DNA of 64,000 nucleotides from Lytechinus pictus. Its lineage: Eukaryota. The notes beneath the pieces are model-generated. The model had not been told where the DNA came from. It searched no databases and saw nothing but the letters and a program-made list of their open reading frames with translations. Location of the stretch: the NCBI RefSeq assembly GCF_037042905.1, contig NC_087252.1, positions 27,034,001 through 27,098,000 on the forward strand, read 5' to 3'. Positions 50,007 to 62,531 of the stretch are shown here, piece by piece. The position numbers were made by a program, and so were the translations under genes. Within the stretch, counting starts at the first letter, position 1. Each line of letters begins with the position of its first letter.

Positions 50007-50152
50007 TATCATTGAGGATCTAGATCTGGCACAGTTTAATACATAAACTGAACTTTGTGAAATCTTGAAATCTACGCTGAAAAATGTTCACACTGAAGAT
50101 CACCAACACAAATAAGCGCACGTGGGACAGTGTATTATTATTGCCTTGAATG

Positions 50153-50950
50153 TCGGGGGGGTACTCAGTATAAATGTGTGATACGTATGTGCCGCGGTTG
50201 AGACCCCCATTTCCAGGCTAATATTCCATTCCAGACCATTATCAATTCAGAAAGCCATAGAAATTGCTATATTTCTCCATTCCGGAGACCCTCAAATTTG
50301 TGATTTCTTGTTCCAATGCACACCAATTATTATGAACTACTCAGCCGGTTGGAGTGGCGAGCTCGATCAGCGCAGAGCCATAGCGCCAGGTCCCCGAAGT
50401 TCTCCATGCCCCAAAATAGCTAGCGCTAGTCTATGAATCCAGCAAGACACGTGCATGTTTTTCCCATAGCCGCTACCAATTACGCCTACGATCTAGTGAG
50501 TTCCGGAGACACCTGTTTCTATGTAGTCAGATGCGGAGCATTGCATTTTTAGCAATCATACCTGTAGAACCAAGAGCTGTTCTGGAGACCCCTGTTTTAA
50601 GACAATAGCTCAGTTGGTAGAGCGGACGTTTCGGATTCCGGTGACCCGGGTTCGATTCCCAAGCGGGAAGCCGTTGGTCCCCTGATTGCTTGCTCACAGG
50701 CATTCATGCTTTCTTAATAGCAGTCAGGTAAAAAACCTTGGTATAAAGACCAATTTTCAGTTCCACATCCCCCATTTTTGACTTTGGCGCGGCACATAGG
50801 TATCATGTTATAATTCGAGTACCCCCCATTTCAATACATAAACTCCACTCATGAAATCTAAGCTGTATATATGTACATGCACATACGTTACAGTATGAGC
50901 ACACTGAACATAGGTATGTTATAATTCGAGTACCCCCCCCCCCCCCTGGG
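50153..50950. mobile_element. CGGGGGG-GTACTC MITE with a duplicated 3' end
   Basis: CGGGGGGGTACTC start; TTATAATTCGAGTACCCCCC end present twice (~50808, ~50919). Confidence 0.6.
50606..50720 (+). mobile_element. tRNA-derived SINE fragment
   Basis: A box TAGCTCAGTTGGTAGAGC, B box GGTTCGATTCCC, then AAGCCGTTGGTCCC. Confidence 0.7.
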
Positions 50951-51910
50951 GCTGCATACATGCATGTAGATCTTTGGAGCTTTTCCTCTGTGATCTGAAA
51001 CATTGACATTTTTTCACCTTGTATAGTCCACCAATGGCAATTTGTGCTTTGCTTTTTCATGCCTTTATAAAAACAAATATCTGAACATACTCTTGAATAT
51101 TTGAAAACCATTGAACTGTAATTCCCATGCTTTTCCACATTTAAAGGGGGAGTGAACTGTGTGTGGTCTCTCATTGACTGTGTGTTATAAGTACATAGTC
51201 TTAAAAGTAAAGTTTTCAGATATCCACTATTAATACTACAGAGAATAAATTGACCTCTAATTGTATTTCTATAGAGAAACTAAAATGTTTTGAGAGGAAA
51301 TTTAAAGTAATTGTTTTGCTACTTGGTAACATAACTATTTGGTAACATAACTATAAATGTATTGAGTAGTTAATTAGCCTGTTATCATTCAAGTGGGTCT
51401 ATATTACTAGACTACACGAGAAGTATGGGTCAGGAAACTGGCCAGGTATGAGAAGTAGAGGACTTGAGATGGCGCTAGTGGTTCTTATCTGCTTGAATAA
51501 TGCTTTGAACAAACAATACTACCATATCATTGGTTCGATTTAGTCCATTTTAGTACATAAACTCCACTCATGAAATCTAAGCTACATACATACACTGTAC
51601 GCATACATGTATGTTAAAGTATGCGCACACTTAAATTCACCACCACAGATAAACACATGTATGCCTGTTGGACAGTGTGTTATTTAAATGATGTGCTGTT
51701 TGTACCTTATCTATTTCTCAACAACCACACATTTTGTGCCAGAATCATTCGGCACACAAACACATGTATGCGTGGTCATTTTATTGGAATCTGTTTGAAC
51801 TGATTTTTAGATTGTTCCCACAACTAGCATAGATGTATAGTCAATTTGAGAGTTCACGGTGATGAACAAATGTTATAAAGTATGTTTTTCTTCTCTTGAA
51901 TGTCCTCTAG

Positions 51911-52134
51911 GATTATGGGACAAGAACCGCCTGGCGACTCGTAAACCAAACAAGAAGAAAGCAAAAGTGAAGACGGAAAACAGCGAGACGCCTCCTGCGA
52001 CACCCGAGGAATCCTCTCCTGGCAAGGCAAGCGATCTTCTTCCAGAACTGTCGAGCCAGCATTGGGAGATAGCGCGCCTGATAGCCATGGCTTACCGATC
52101 GGCAAAGGAAGCGTTGCCCCAACCACCTCCCAAT
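51911..52134 (+). CDS. Nuclear receptor coding exon 2: C-terminal extension/hinge (basic NLS-like RKPNKKKAK) and LBD helix 1
   Basis: TAG|GA acceptor in phase 1 gives MQPD-R-LWDKNR; LSSQHWEIARLIAMAY is helix-1-like; donor AAT|GTAAGT (phase 0). Confidence 0.88.
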
Positions 52135-52141
52135 GTAAGTA

Positions 52142-52300
52142 CAGTCCGACCTCTCTTATCCGGCCCGCCCTTATCCGGATCTTTCTAATATCCAGATGCG
52201 CACTTGCCAAGATTTTTTTTCAATCTACTTCGTGGGGAAATGAGATTTCAATCTAAAATTACAATTCCTACGCAAACTCACTTTGATTACATGTACATAT
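52142..52300 (+). mobile_element. Tc1/mariner (pogo/Tigger-like) MITE 5' fragment
   Basis: TA|CAGTCCGACCTCTCTTATCCGG with repeated TTATCCGG; right end not identified. Confidence 0.55.
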
Positions 52301-52521
52301 ATTTTCCAATATAATCTACCTACAACCACATTATTTTTTATGCAAATATCTTACCCAAATCACCGAAAGAACTGTAAAGAGTTGTCCTTTTGGCTATGGA
52401 TAACACACGGTGACAAAAATCTATACCATTACAAGTTCAGTTTATTAGCTCAGTTGATAGTAAAATCATGAATAATTATAAAGCTTTTGCATGGCTATCC
52501 ATATTGGACCCCTGATAATTC

Positions 52522-52863
52522 CGCATACATTCGTAATTCCGAAGCTTCGTTATTCCGAAGGTTCGTTAGTCCGAAAACGAAATGATTAACGAACGTAATT
52601 TCGTTTTCGGATGAACGAACCTTCGGAACAACGAACCTTATTTCGTTTTCGGATTAACGAACCTTCGGAACATCGAACCTTATTTCGTTTTCGGATTATC
52701 GAACCTTCGGAATAACGCCACAAATGTTCGGATTAACGAACCCTTTTACGTTTTCGGATTAACGAACATCGAGGTATAGGCAATTTACGTGTTTCGGAAT
52801 TACGAACCTTCGGAATAAAGAACCTTCGGAATTACGAACCTTCGGAATTACGAAGTGTAACCG
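52522..52863. mobile_element. Palindromic MITE built of TTCGGAATTACGAACC-type repeats
   Basis: TTCGTAATTCCGAAG / CTTCGGAATTACGAA ends; ATAATTC duplicated on both flanks (7-8 bp TSD). Confidence 0.8.
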
Positions 52864-53093
52864 ATAATTCAAGGAGCCTCTTCCTACCGTGTACCCATTC
52901 ACCTCTGTTGGGTTTGAGTGTAGCACAACGTAGGTAAATTTCTTGCTAATAAGGAAAACATGCCATGGCTAGGAATTGAACCCACGCCTTCTACATGTAT
53001 GTATCATACAACATGTACATCTTTACAGATTGAATGTTTAATGTGTTCCTTTTTTTTGTTCTTTCTTACATGTATTCCGTACATTGGCCAAAG

Positions 53094-53784
53094 GTGATTC
53101 CAGAGCCAGCCTTCCCTGACAGTTCTTCTTCAACATCCCGTGAAGGACCTGAAAAATCCAGCTGTCAACTTCCAAAGGATACTGCTTCACCGGGTACCTC
53201 ACCCCTGCATAACAAGGGACCAACTTACCCAGAGACTCCTCTGGCCTCAGAAAAAGTCCCCAAGAAGAAGACATCTCCAGAATGTGAACCTGGAGAGACC
53301 ACCAGCAGTTCCTCGACCTTGCCACCAAGAACTATCCCCCAAGCACCATCCTGTGATCTCTCATCGACTTCATCATCCTCAAAGCAGGGAGCCGTGTCTC
53401 CAGGAGCTGTTAAAACGGCCGAGACTCTGCCATCTCCTTCGACCTCTCCTGCCTTGAAGAAATGCGAGTGCGGATGCATAATTCACAACAAGCCACCTCA
53501 TGAGACTGAACCTGAAGCGGACCTTGATGTATCATCATCTAAGCCATCGGTCCAAGAAACCTCCAAGGATATCCCGTCCAAAGATCAACCTGGCACGTCT
53601 GCTGCGGGGTCATGTCCAGGTGATGATCAAAGGTCAACGCTTGCAGGGGGTAAGAAAGGCTCTGTGATTGTCCCACAGATTATGGAGATTGTCGTGCTGC
53701 TTCTGAGGCATATGATAAACTTTGCCAAGCAACTTCCTGGGTTCCAGACTCTCACCAGTGACGACCAAGCAACTCTTATCAAAG
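53094..53784 (+). CDS. Nuclear receptor coding exon 3: ~200-aa S/P/T-rich insertion plus LBD helices 3-4
   Basis: AAG|GTG acceptor (phase 0); signature MINFAKQLPGFQTLTSDDQATLIKG; donor G|GTAAAC (phase 1). Confidence 0.9.
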
Positions 53785-54115
53785 GTAAACTTCACTTCAT
53801 TGAAATTTCACCATCACGTATATTTCCTGATTGTTATTGTTAACTCTTAACATACCATACACACTACTAAACCCAACGCCACAGTGCTAATCCGATGCTA
53901 ATCCTCTGTGCCAGCCACAAAACCCCCCTGTGCCACATTGATTTTGGGATCGCGAGTCGTATTCACTCCTTTCAATAGTCATGATTACAATTGCTTGTAA
54001 CTCTCTAGTGATTAGTTTATCCACAAAATATTGTGTAGTAAAGTTGTAGGAAATTTCATACTTCTTATAATGGTGTCCTCATTATATGGATTGGTTATTA
54101 TCTTTACCGCTAAAA

Positions 54116-55610
54116 CAGTGGCGTAACTACGGGGGGGCATGGGGGGGCACGTGCCCCCCCAATCGGCTGGCAAAAAAAAAAAAAAAAAAAAAACGGGGAG
54201 AAAGAGAAAAAGAGGGAGAAAGTGAGAGAAACGTAGTGGGAAGGAAGAACTTATTGTTAATTATGTTATATTATATTATAATTATGTTATGTTATATTAC
54301 ATTAAAATAAAAAAAATCATAACTTTATGAAACATAATTTGCTCAGGGCCTATGTCTTCATTGTTCCTGATGCTCGCATTGTCTGTTTAACGAGATATAT
54401 AATCCTGTTGTACTAAAACCTCCCGTTTTCAAGTCAATATACACCAAATATATTTCCTCGCACTTCGAATTATTATTGTTTTATGTAGTAAAATATCATT
54501 TTAAGGTCTTAATATAAAACATTTCCCGTCCGTGCTTTCGTTCGCATTAGTGGATTAGTGAAATATGTCTGCTTTTCATGAATTCCTAAAATCAGTCCTT
54601 AAAATGTCCCTTTTTCTGATCTGCATATCAAAAATTACAGCGTGCGCTCGCATCATTTGGTTAGTGAAATACGCATGGTCTACTTGAATTCCTACAAACA
54701 AGCCTTATAGAATGCCCCTCTTCAGGTGTGAATTTCCAAATTTTTCTCCTCGCGCTTCGCGCTCGCAATATTTGACTATTGAGATGCGTATGATAATCAT
54801 GACTACAATGACTACAAAAAGTATGTCTTTAGGTGTAATTCTAACAAAATCAGCATGCGCTTGGCACTCGCATTAGATGACTATGGTGAGATATGTGTAC
54901 TCTTAATGGATTCTTTTAAAAAATAGTCATTAAAATATGCATGTTTGGGGTCAATATATACAAAAATTTTAGCTCGCGCTTCGCGCTCGCTTCATTTGGT
55001 TAATGAAAATTCGTATGGTCTTCGTGAATTCCTACAAACAAGCCTTAAAATGTCCCTATTCCATGTATTCAGGTCTGAATTTCCTAAATTTTCAGCTCGC
55101 GCTTCAGACTCGCAATATTTGATTAGTGAGATGCGCATGTTAATCATGATTACAATGACTACACGTGTTTTATGTGTTTGGATGCATATAATTCTAACAA
55201 AATCAGCAAGCGCTTGGCACTCGCATTAGATTACTATGGTGAGATATGTATACTCTTAATAGATTCCTAAAATATAGTCCTTAAAATGTCCGTTTGGGGT
55301 CAATATATACAAAAATTTCAGCTCGCGCTTCGCGCTCGCATTGTTTGTTTAGCGAGACAGGTACACATCATGATTACAAAAATTTGCTTATAATGTCCCT
55401 TTTTTAGGTCTGAATATCAAAAATTTTAAGCTCGCGCCTCGCGCTCGCATTATGTGATCAGTGACATACATATCCGTTTAATGACACTGTCCTTAAAATG
55501 TCTCTATTAGGTCAGCATACCTAGCAACTGAGCGCGCGAAGCGCGCTCACTAGGTGACTCAAATTTTTTGCTGGTGCCCCCCCAATGCCGTGACCCACGG
55601 TACGCCACTG
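54116..55610. mobile_element. hAT-like non-autonomous element with internal tandem repeats
   Basis: TIR CAGTGGCGTA / TACGCCACTG; 8-bp TSD CGCTAAAA / CACTAAAA; repeated GCTCGCGCTTCGCGCTCGC; related fragment at ~13300-13620. Confidence 0.88.
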
Positions 55611-56001
55611 CACTAAAATATGAGTTGTATCAAGTGTAATAACCATCTCACGAACCTCATCAGGATAAAAAAAACCTAGGTCTCTTCCCTCTCGGAGGAG
55701 GGGCCATATCTTGTAAAAAATGTAGAAATACTCGAAAAAGTCGAATGTAAACCGCGTGAGTAAGTTGATCTGTCAGAAAGCAGAGTTCGCACTGCACACA
55801 ATAGTGCTAATTACGGCGTGCACTCGATGCGCAATACAATGCAAAACGGCGTAACAATGATTGTAAATCCGAATGTGCGCAGTCATGCACGAAGCAGGCG
55901 AGGGTAGGAAACAATGCAAGCAAAAAGCAATCAATAGTAGGCGTGCAAGCGCGAGTGTGGCATGTTATAGTAGGATACGTAGCGTGCACGAAGCACTCAA
56001 T

Positions 56002-56310
56002 GGCCCGTATTCTGATAGCAGGTTTAACTTAAACTCAGGTTTAAAGTTACGGTTAAAGTATGGATAGCCAATTGTTACATAAATCACTAACAGGAGAGAT
56101 ATCATACTTCAGCTCATTTGGCTCTCAAATCGTTCATAATTGTCTGAAGTATAAATAGATGATTGTCCTCACCATCGATGAATCAGGAAAGAGCACAGTA
56201 AACATAAGAAACATACAACTTAATAACAATTTTGATACTTTTGGCTTCCCATACTTAAACCACAACTTTAAACCTGAGTTTAAGTTAAACCCGACTTCAG
56301 AATACGGGCC
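56002..56310. mobile_element. GGCCCGTATTCTGA MITE family, copy 3
   Basis: Same TIRs as 42130-42441, in the opposite orientation. Confidence 0.9.
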
Positions 56311-56885
56311 ATTGAGTTAAAGAATGTGCCATTGCTTCCTTATCAAGACTATTTTGGGCATGGTTTCCTCTATAATATTTTCTTAAAGCTATAAAATGAA
56401 AGTAGTTGCAGTAAAACACTGATTTCATGAGAAGTCTGTAAAACCAAAGTAAATTACTATATCATCGTGGATCTAGATCTGGTACAGTTTAAAGTGAACT
56501 TTGTGAAATCATGAAATCTCAGCTGAAAAACGATCACACTGAAGATCGCCAACACATTTAGGCACACATGGGACAGTGTATTATTATTGCTGGAATAAAG
56601 ACCTGACGGAAATGTCCGGATCCGCGCTTATTTTGCTTATTTCTCAGCAATTACACAATTTCTTCCAGAATCCTTTGGCACATATTTCTTATTCATACAA
56701 ACAGGCACTTGGTTGGTCATTATATTGGATTCTGTAAAAAGTCATTTTGAGATTGTTACCACAACTGGCATTTATCTTTAAATGCACTGCTCATGAAAAC
56801 TCCATGATTACCAGTCTGCTTGTCGATGGCCATTTGCTTTGCAATCCTGAGATAATATCAACCAGAATTATCATCTAAACTTTTT

Positions 56886-58352
56886 GTCTCACCTGCATAG
56901 CAGAGTGAGACTAGGCGCCGCTTTTCCGACAGCGGCGGCGTCAACACCAAATCTTAACCGAAGGTTAAGTTTTTGAAATGACAAAATAACTTAGAAAGTA
57001 TATGGACCTAGTTCATGAAACTTGGCCATAAGGTTAATCAAGTATTACTGAACATCCTGACTGAGTTTCATGTCACATGACCAAGGTCAAAGGTCATTTA
57101 GGGTCAATGAACTTAGACAATGTTGGGGGAATCAACATCAAAATCTTAACCTAAGGTTAAGTTTTTGAAATGTCATCATAACTTGGAGAAAATATATGGA
57201 CCTAGTTCATGAAACTTGGACAGAAGATTAATCAAGTATCACTTAACATCCTGCTTGAGTTTCACGTCACATGACCAAGGTCAAAGGTCATTTAGGGTCA
57301 ATGAACTTTGGCCGAATTGGGGAATTACCATCATAACTTTGAAATTGTTGAATTACCATCATAACTTTGAAAGTTTATTGGTCTAGTTCATAAAACTTGG
57401 ACATAAGAGTAATCAAGTATCACTGAACATCCTGTGCGCATTTCAGGTCACATGACCAAGGTAAAAGGTCATTTAGGGTCAATGAACGTAGACCATGTTG
57501 GGGGAATCAACATCAAAATCTTAACCTAAGGTTAAGTTTTTGAAATGTCATCATAACTTAGAAAATATATGGACCTAGTTCATGAAACTTGGACATAAGG
57601 TTAATCAAGTATCACTGAACATCTTGTGCAAGTTTCAGGTCACATGATGAAGGACAAAGGTCATTTAGGGTCAATGAACTTTGGCCAAATTGGGGGTATT
57701 TGTTGAATTACCATCATAACTTTGAAAGTATATTGGTCTAGTTCATAAAACTTGGACATAAGAGTAATCAAGTATCACTGAACATCCTGTGCGCATTTCA
57801 GGGGAGCGTTTCATGAAAGGACTTGTCAGACGTTTTATCCGACAAGTCCTATTTTATCCGACAGTTACCATAGTAACATTGCTTATCAGCCAATCAAAAT
57901 CAAGGAAACATGTCAGATCTGACAACATGTCGGACAAAAATGTTGATGAAACACTCTGCTTGTCACATGACCAAGGTCAAAGGTCAATGAACTTTGGCCA
58001 TATTGGGAGTATCTGTTGAATTACCATCATAACTTTGAAAGTTTATGGATCTGACTCATCAAACTTGGACATAAGAGTAATCAAGTATCACTGAACATCC
58101 TGTGCGAGTTTTAGGTCACATGTTTAAGGTCAAAGGTCATGTAAGGTCAATGAACTTTCGCCATGTTGGGGGTATTTGTTGAATTACCATCATACCTCTG
58201 TAAGTGTATTGGTCTAGTTCATAAAACGTGTACATAAGAGTAACCAAGTATCACTGAACATCTTGTGCAAGTTATAGTAGTTTTCAAAGTCAGCACTGCT
58301 GCTATATTGAATCGCGTGATGCAGGTGAGACCACCAGAGGCATTCCACTTGT
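56886..58352 (+). mobile_element. Full-length HINE/DINE-1-like element, with a small MITE nested at ~57800-57960
   Basis: Inserted in a T-run; subTIR GTCTCACCTGC / GCAGGTGAGAC; 5' internal inverted repeat GTGAGAC; GGC microsatellite; tandem core repeats. Confidence 0.85.
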
Positions 58353-59141
58353 TTTATTGGTCATCAAATTTAATTTTCTGGGAACTGAATTATTATTTGC
58401 TAACCCCTGACTTTGTGAAAAGCATTCAAAATTTTTTTGGGGGAAGTTAATGTACCAGAGAGAATTTATTAATCCAAGTGACTGAAGCTTGCTTTGCCTC
58501 GGGCAATTGTCAGGCCAGGAAAGATGAGATAATCCGCCCTTTCACTCTTTAAAAAGATTGTAATGTGAACGATGATTCCAGTGAAAAATAAGGCTAATGA
58601 GGTATTTTAGCACGTGTGAAACCAAACTAGAACATGATTAGGTTATGGAATGCTAATCACAATCACGAATTCAAATTCTACTCGGGTGGTGAATTCCATT
58701 TGAGTTTCACTCAAATTGCGGTACAAATTTTGCGTGTGAAAGGCTGGACCTCCTAAACATCTTTTTTGGGGGCGGAGCTTACGTGACCTTTCAAGCACTT
58801 CTGTAGATAATACGATTGTCATGAACTCATCGAAGTTTGTATTTGTGATGCAGTGGTTTGATTGACAAGTCACCAAGGACACATACCGCCTTCGCTCGGG
58901 AATTCAAATCCAAATCACAGTTTTTGAGTGAGCGTGTGAAAGTTTCGATGATTCTAGAGACAAATTGCAATCATCATTACAATGATGATTCAAGATTCAC
59001 GTGTGAAAAGGCCCAATGACTGTGCCAGAAATCAAAGTATTTCCAGTGGCATAATGTCTTCTAGTCATAATTCTCTCTTTATTTTGTGTGATTGACATCA
59101 GCTACAGCTACAGGTTACAAGTTTTTGTCTATTTGCAACAG

Positions 59142-59372
59142 GTGCTTTGGTGGAATACATGATCCTCACTTCGTGTCCTCTGTACGACATCGAGAAAGGC
59201 CAGTTCAACAGTGAGATCTGGCCAACGCTTTCCATCGACCCGGATCAAGTAGAGAGTGCCGGGTTTATCACTGTCATGAAGTCTGTCATGTCCTTCGCCA
59301 TTAAGATGCAGAAGCTTGCCCTGAGTGAGGAGGAACTTGGTTTGCTCTATGCGTTAGCTATCATATCACCAG
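59142..59372 (+). CDS. Nuclear receptor coding exon 4: LBD helices 5-8
   Basis: CAG|GT acceptor in phase 1 gives [36 protein letters not shown]; donor G|GTTAGT (phase 1). Confidence 0.93.
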
Positions 59373-59382
59373 GTTAGTTTAT

Positions 59383-59383
59383 A

Positions 59384-59427
<44 letters not shown>

Positions 59428-59617
59428 CATGTATCTGTCTGTCTGTCTGTCTATCTATCTACATGTATCTATCTATCTATCCATCCATCCATCCATCCAT
59501 CCATCCATCCATCCATCCATCCATCCATCCATCCATCCATCCATCCATCCATCCATCCATCCATCCATCCATCCATCCATCCATCCATCCAATCTATCAT
59601 TATATCTATCTCTATCT
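59383..59617. repeat. Compound microsatellite (TCTG)n(TCTA)n(TCCA)n
   Basis: Directly visible, starting about 10 bp into the intron. Confidence 0.97.
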
Positions 59618-60608
59618 ATTATGTATTGTTACTTTGTTACCAACGTTCATATATAAATGTATTTAGTTTCCAATTTTGTTGTTTTAAAATGGTGATTGCT
59701 CTCGCTCTCCTTAAAACTGAGTCCCTGTCCTTGCCCCTTGTCATGAATTTTAACGAAGCCATAACTTTCTAATTGTCTTATTTTTTTTCTTATTTTTCTC
59801 TTTTCCAACACAACATTTTATGACCAAGGGTGGATTCTCCTTGAAGCTCTTTAACTCTACAATGTGTAATAAGTATGCACTTGTTGCCTTGGCAACAATG
59901 ATGCTAGTGTTCTTGCTAGTTTTCTTTCATGATGACGCAATACATTTTGTGTCATTTCCCCTGAAGAATCACAATGGTTACAGACTTACAATATCATATA
60001 GAATTTTGTATCAGGGTCTTTCCATGAAGTTGGGGTATGAATTGTGACATTTCAGAATTAAGTCAATACTTAATACCATACATTTATTGTTTGCAGGCTT
60101 TACATTTGTATTTATAATGATCATGAATTTTACTGGGAATTTTGCGCCTTTTGGGGGTCATTTACCTTAAATTTTCACCAAGTTATTCAGCAAAACAGTT
60201 TTTAACGCTGTTTAATGGACATGGTGTCTGGTAGCATCGGGATATTTGCATTTGGTCCTAGAAGTCAAATTATGGCAATTAGACTGACCAAAATTTGAAA
60301 AAATATGTACATTTACTTGTTAAGTCAGGTAACTAAAAACCTCAGATTTCCTATGCATAGTTTCAAAATTAAATTTCAAAATTGTCACGGTGTCCATGAA
60401 CATTGTAGCATTGGGAACCTTGTGTCACATTTGGTGGACACCGAGTAGCATATTGACAATTTTAAATTTTCTTTTAGAAGTATTAATAGAACTATGTAAA
60501 GGAAATCTGAGGTATTTAGCTCCCTGACTTAACAAGTAAATTTGCATATTGTATCAAGTTTTGCTCAAACCTAATTGCAGTAATTTGACTTTTAGGAACA
60601 AATGTTAA

Positions 60609-61185
60609 AGGACAAGTCCACCCCAACAAAAAGTTGATTTGAATGAAAAAAAAATCCAATAAGCATAACACTGAAAATTTTATCGAAATTGGATGTAAAA
60701 TAAGAAAGTTAGGACATTTTTAAGTTTCACTTAATAATTCCCAAAAAACAATTATCCTGCTCGGTATGCAAATGAGGAGATGGATGACATCATCCATTCA
60801 CCATTTCTTTTGTATTTTATTATATGAAATATTCAAATTTTTTCCTCATTGTTGAGTGAAGCAACGATAAATTCTTTCCTGAACATGTTGAATTAGCGTT
60901 GCTTGATACAATATGCTTCAGTAAAGTTGGTCCTTATTGTCATAAAAAATATGAATATTGTTTAATTGAAACAATACAAAACAAATTAAATATTGAGTAT
61001 AAAGGAACATCATCAACTGTCTCATTTGATTTGCATGTCACTGATTTGTGCATGTCACTGTTTTGTGAAAAATAAGCGAAAATTTAAAATGTTATAACTT
61101 TCTCATTTTGAATCGGATTTTGACGAAATTTTCAGTGTTATGCTAGTTTGATTTTTCTCTATTTATTCAAATCAACATTTGCCCC
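60609..61185. mobile_element. Kolobok-like MITE (same family as 20904-21507), right end eroded
   Basis: TTAA|AGGACAAGTCCACCCCAACAAAAAGTTGATTTGAAT; colinear with the 20904 copy. Confidence 0.85.
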
Positions 61186-61267
61186 TGTAACTGCATGATA
61201 CCCCTAAATTTCATTTTAAAAATCAGTTTAAATGGCCCAAAATTTCCAGTGAGATGTATGTACGAAT

Positions 61268-61566
61268 CAGGGGCGTATCCAGGATTTTCCAAAGGGGGGG
61301 GCAAATTTTTCGGAGGAAAATTTTGACAAGCGCCCCCCCCCAAAAAAAAAAAAAAAAAAAACCCACCAAACCAGCAAAAAAAAAGGTTTTCAACCACAAA
61401 TTAAGGATATCTCGTAACAGAAGAAATTTGACAAGCAAAAAAAAAAGGTCTTTTCTCAAAAGAGGGGACACACCTCGGTTTTAATGGCATTTTTACATAA
61501 TTACAAATATTAATTTTGCCTCTCAAAATGTGCCCCCTGTGCCCCCCCCCCCTGGATCCGCGCCTG
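61268..61566. mobile_element. hAT-like MITE
   Basis: CAGGGGCGTATCCAGG / CCTGGATCCGCGCCTG; exact 8-bp TSD GTACGAAT. Confidence 0.9.
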
Positions 61567-61734
61567 GTACGAATGTACAACCTATGAACAATAAATGCAT
61601 AGTGTACTTAGTCTCTTAGTTATGCTGAAATTTCACAATTTGTGCCTCAACTTCATTGAAAGACCCATCAACAGATTCATCTGTTTATGATGGAGTCTTT
61701 ACAATACTTCATCCTTGAAGATCGTCAAGACCTG

Positions 61735-62449
61735 GGCCCCATCTTACAAAGAGTTACGATTGATCCAATCAATCGTAACTCTATAGAAATCCATAATTTT
61801 TTTGTACATAAAATTTTCAAAATGTCCTTTGTAAACAAAGGCAAATACACCAAATAAGCCAGTTCGTAGTTCCTTTCTGCGCTTGATCAAAAGATTCTAC
61901 GCATGATCAGAGGAAGGTCATTTGTACTAAAGTGACATGGTGGTTTAAAATCTAATGAGATAAGCACCAACTTCAATGTCTTGATTATTCATATATTCTT
62001 TTGAATTGTGTTTTTCATTTACATCCAAAAACAACAACAATGCGTCCACGAACGACTGGTATTTCACAGTTTGCCTAGTACATTGTGCAACATGCTATGA
62101 TATGTATTCAAAGTAGGAATGCAACAAATACCTTCATAAAGTGTTCATTGGTGTGCTATTCTAGTCACCTGGTCTATTCAATTTCTTCATCCTGCTATGT
62201 AAGGCATGCTTACGTAATATCTTGCTTTGAAATCTGCCTATCATAATGAAAGAAATGAAAGGTCATTTGACCAAAATTGTCCATGAAGTAACTACGAACT
62301 GGTCTTTTGTCAAGGAAACAATGAATTCATGTAATTTACGTCATATCTAGAAAACATTTTGAACATTCATGCATTTTAGATGTTGACGTTGCTGGCCGTC
62401 CATAGTTGAGATTGATCGGATCAATCGCAACTCTTTGTAAGACGGGCCC
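61735..62449. mobile_element. Harbinger-like MITE (CTG TSD) with a nested element at ~61856-62306
   Basis: CTG|GGCCCCATCTTACAAAGAG ... CTCTTTGTAAGACGGGCCC|CTG; nested TIR CCAGTTCGTAGTT / AACTACGAACTGG. Confidence 0.8.
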
Positions 62450-62531
62450 CTGGTCAACAGATTCTTTATTTTTAATTAGAGATAGTGAATGATGAGAAAT
62501 AATGAATCTCGATCTGCTTTTATCCTTGAAG

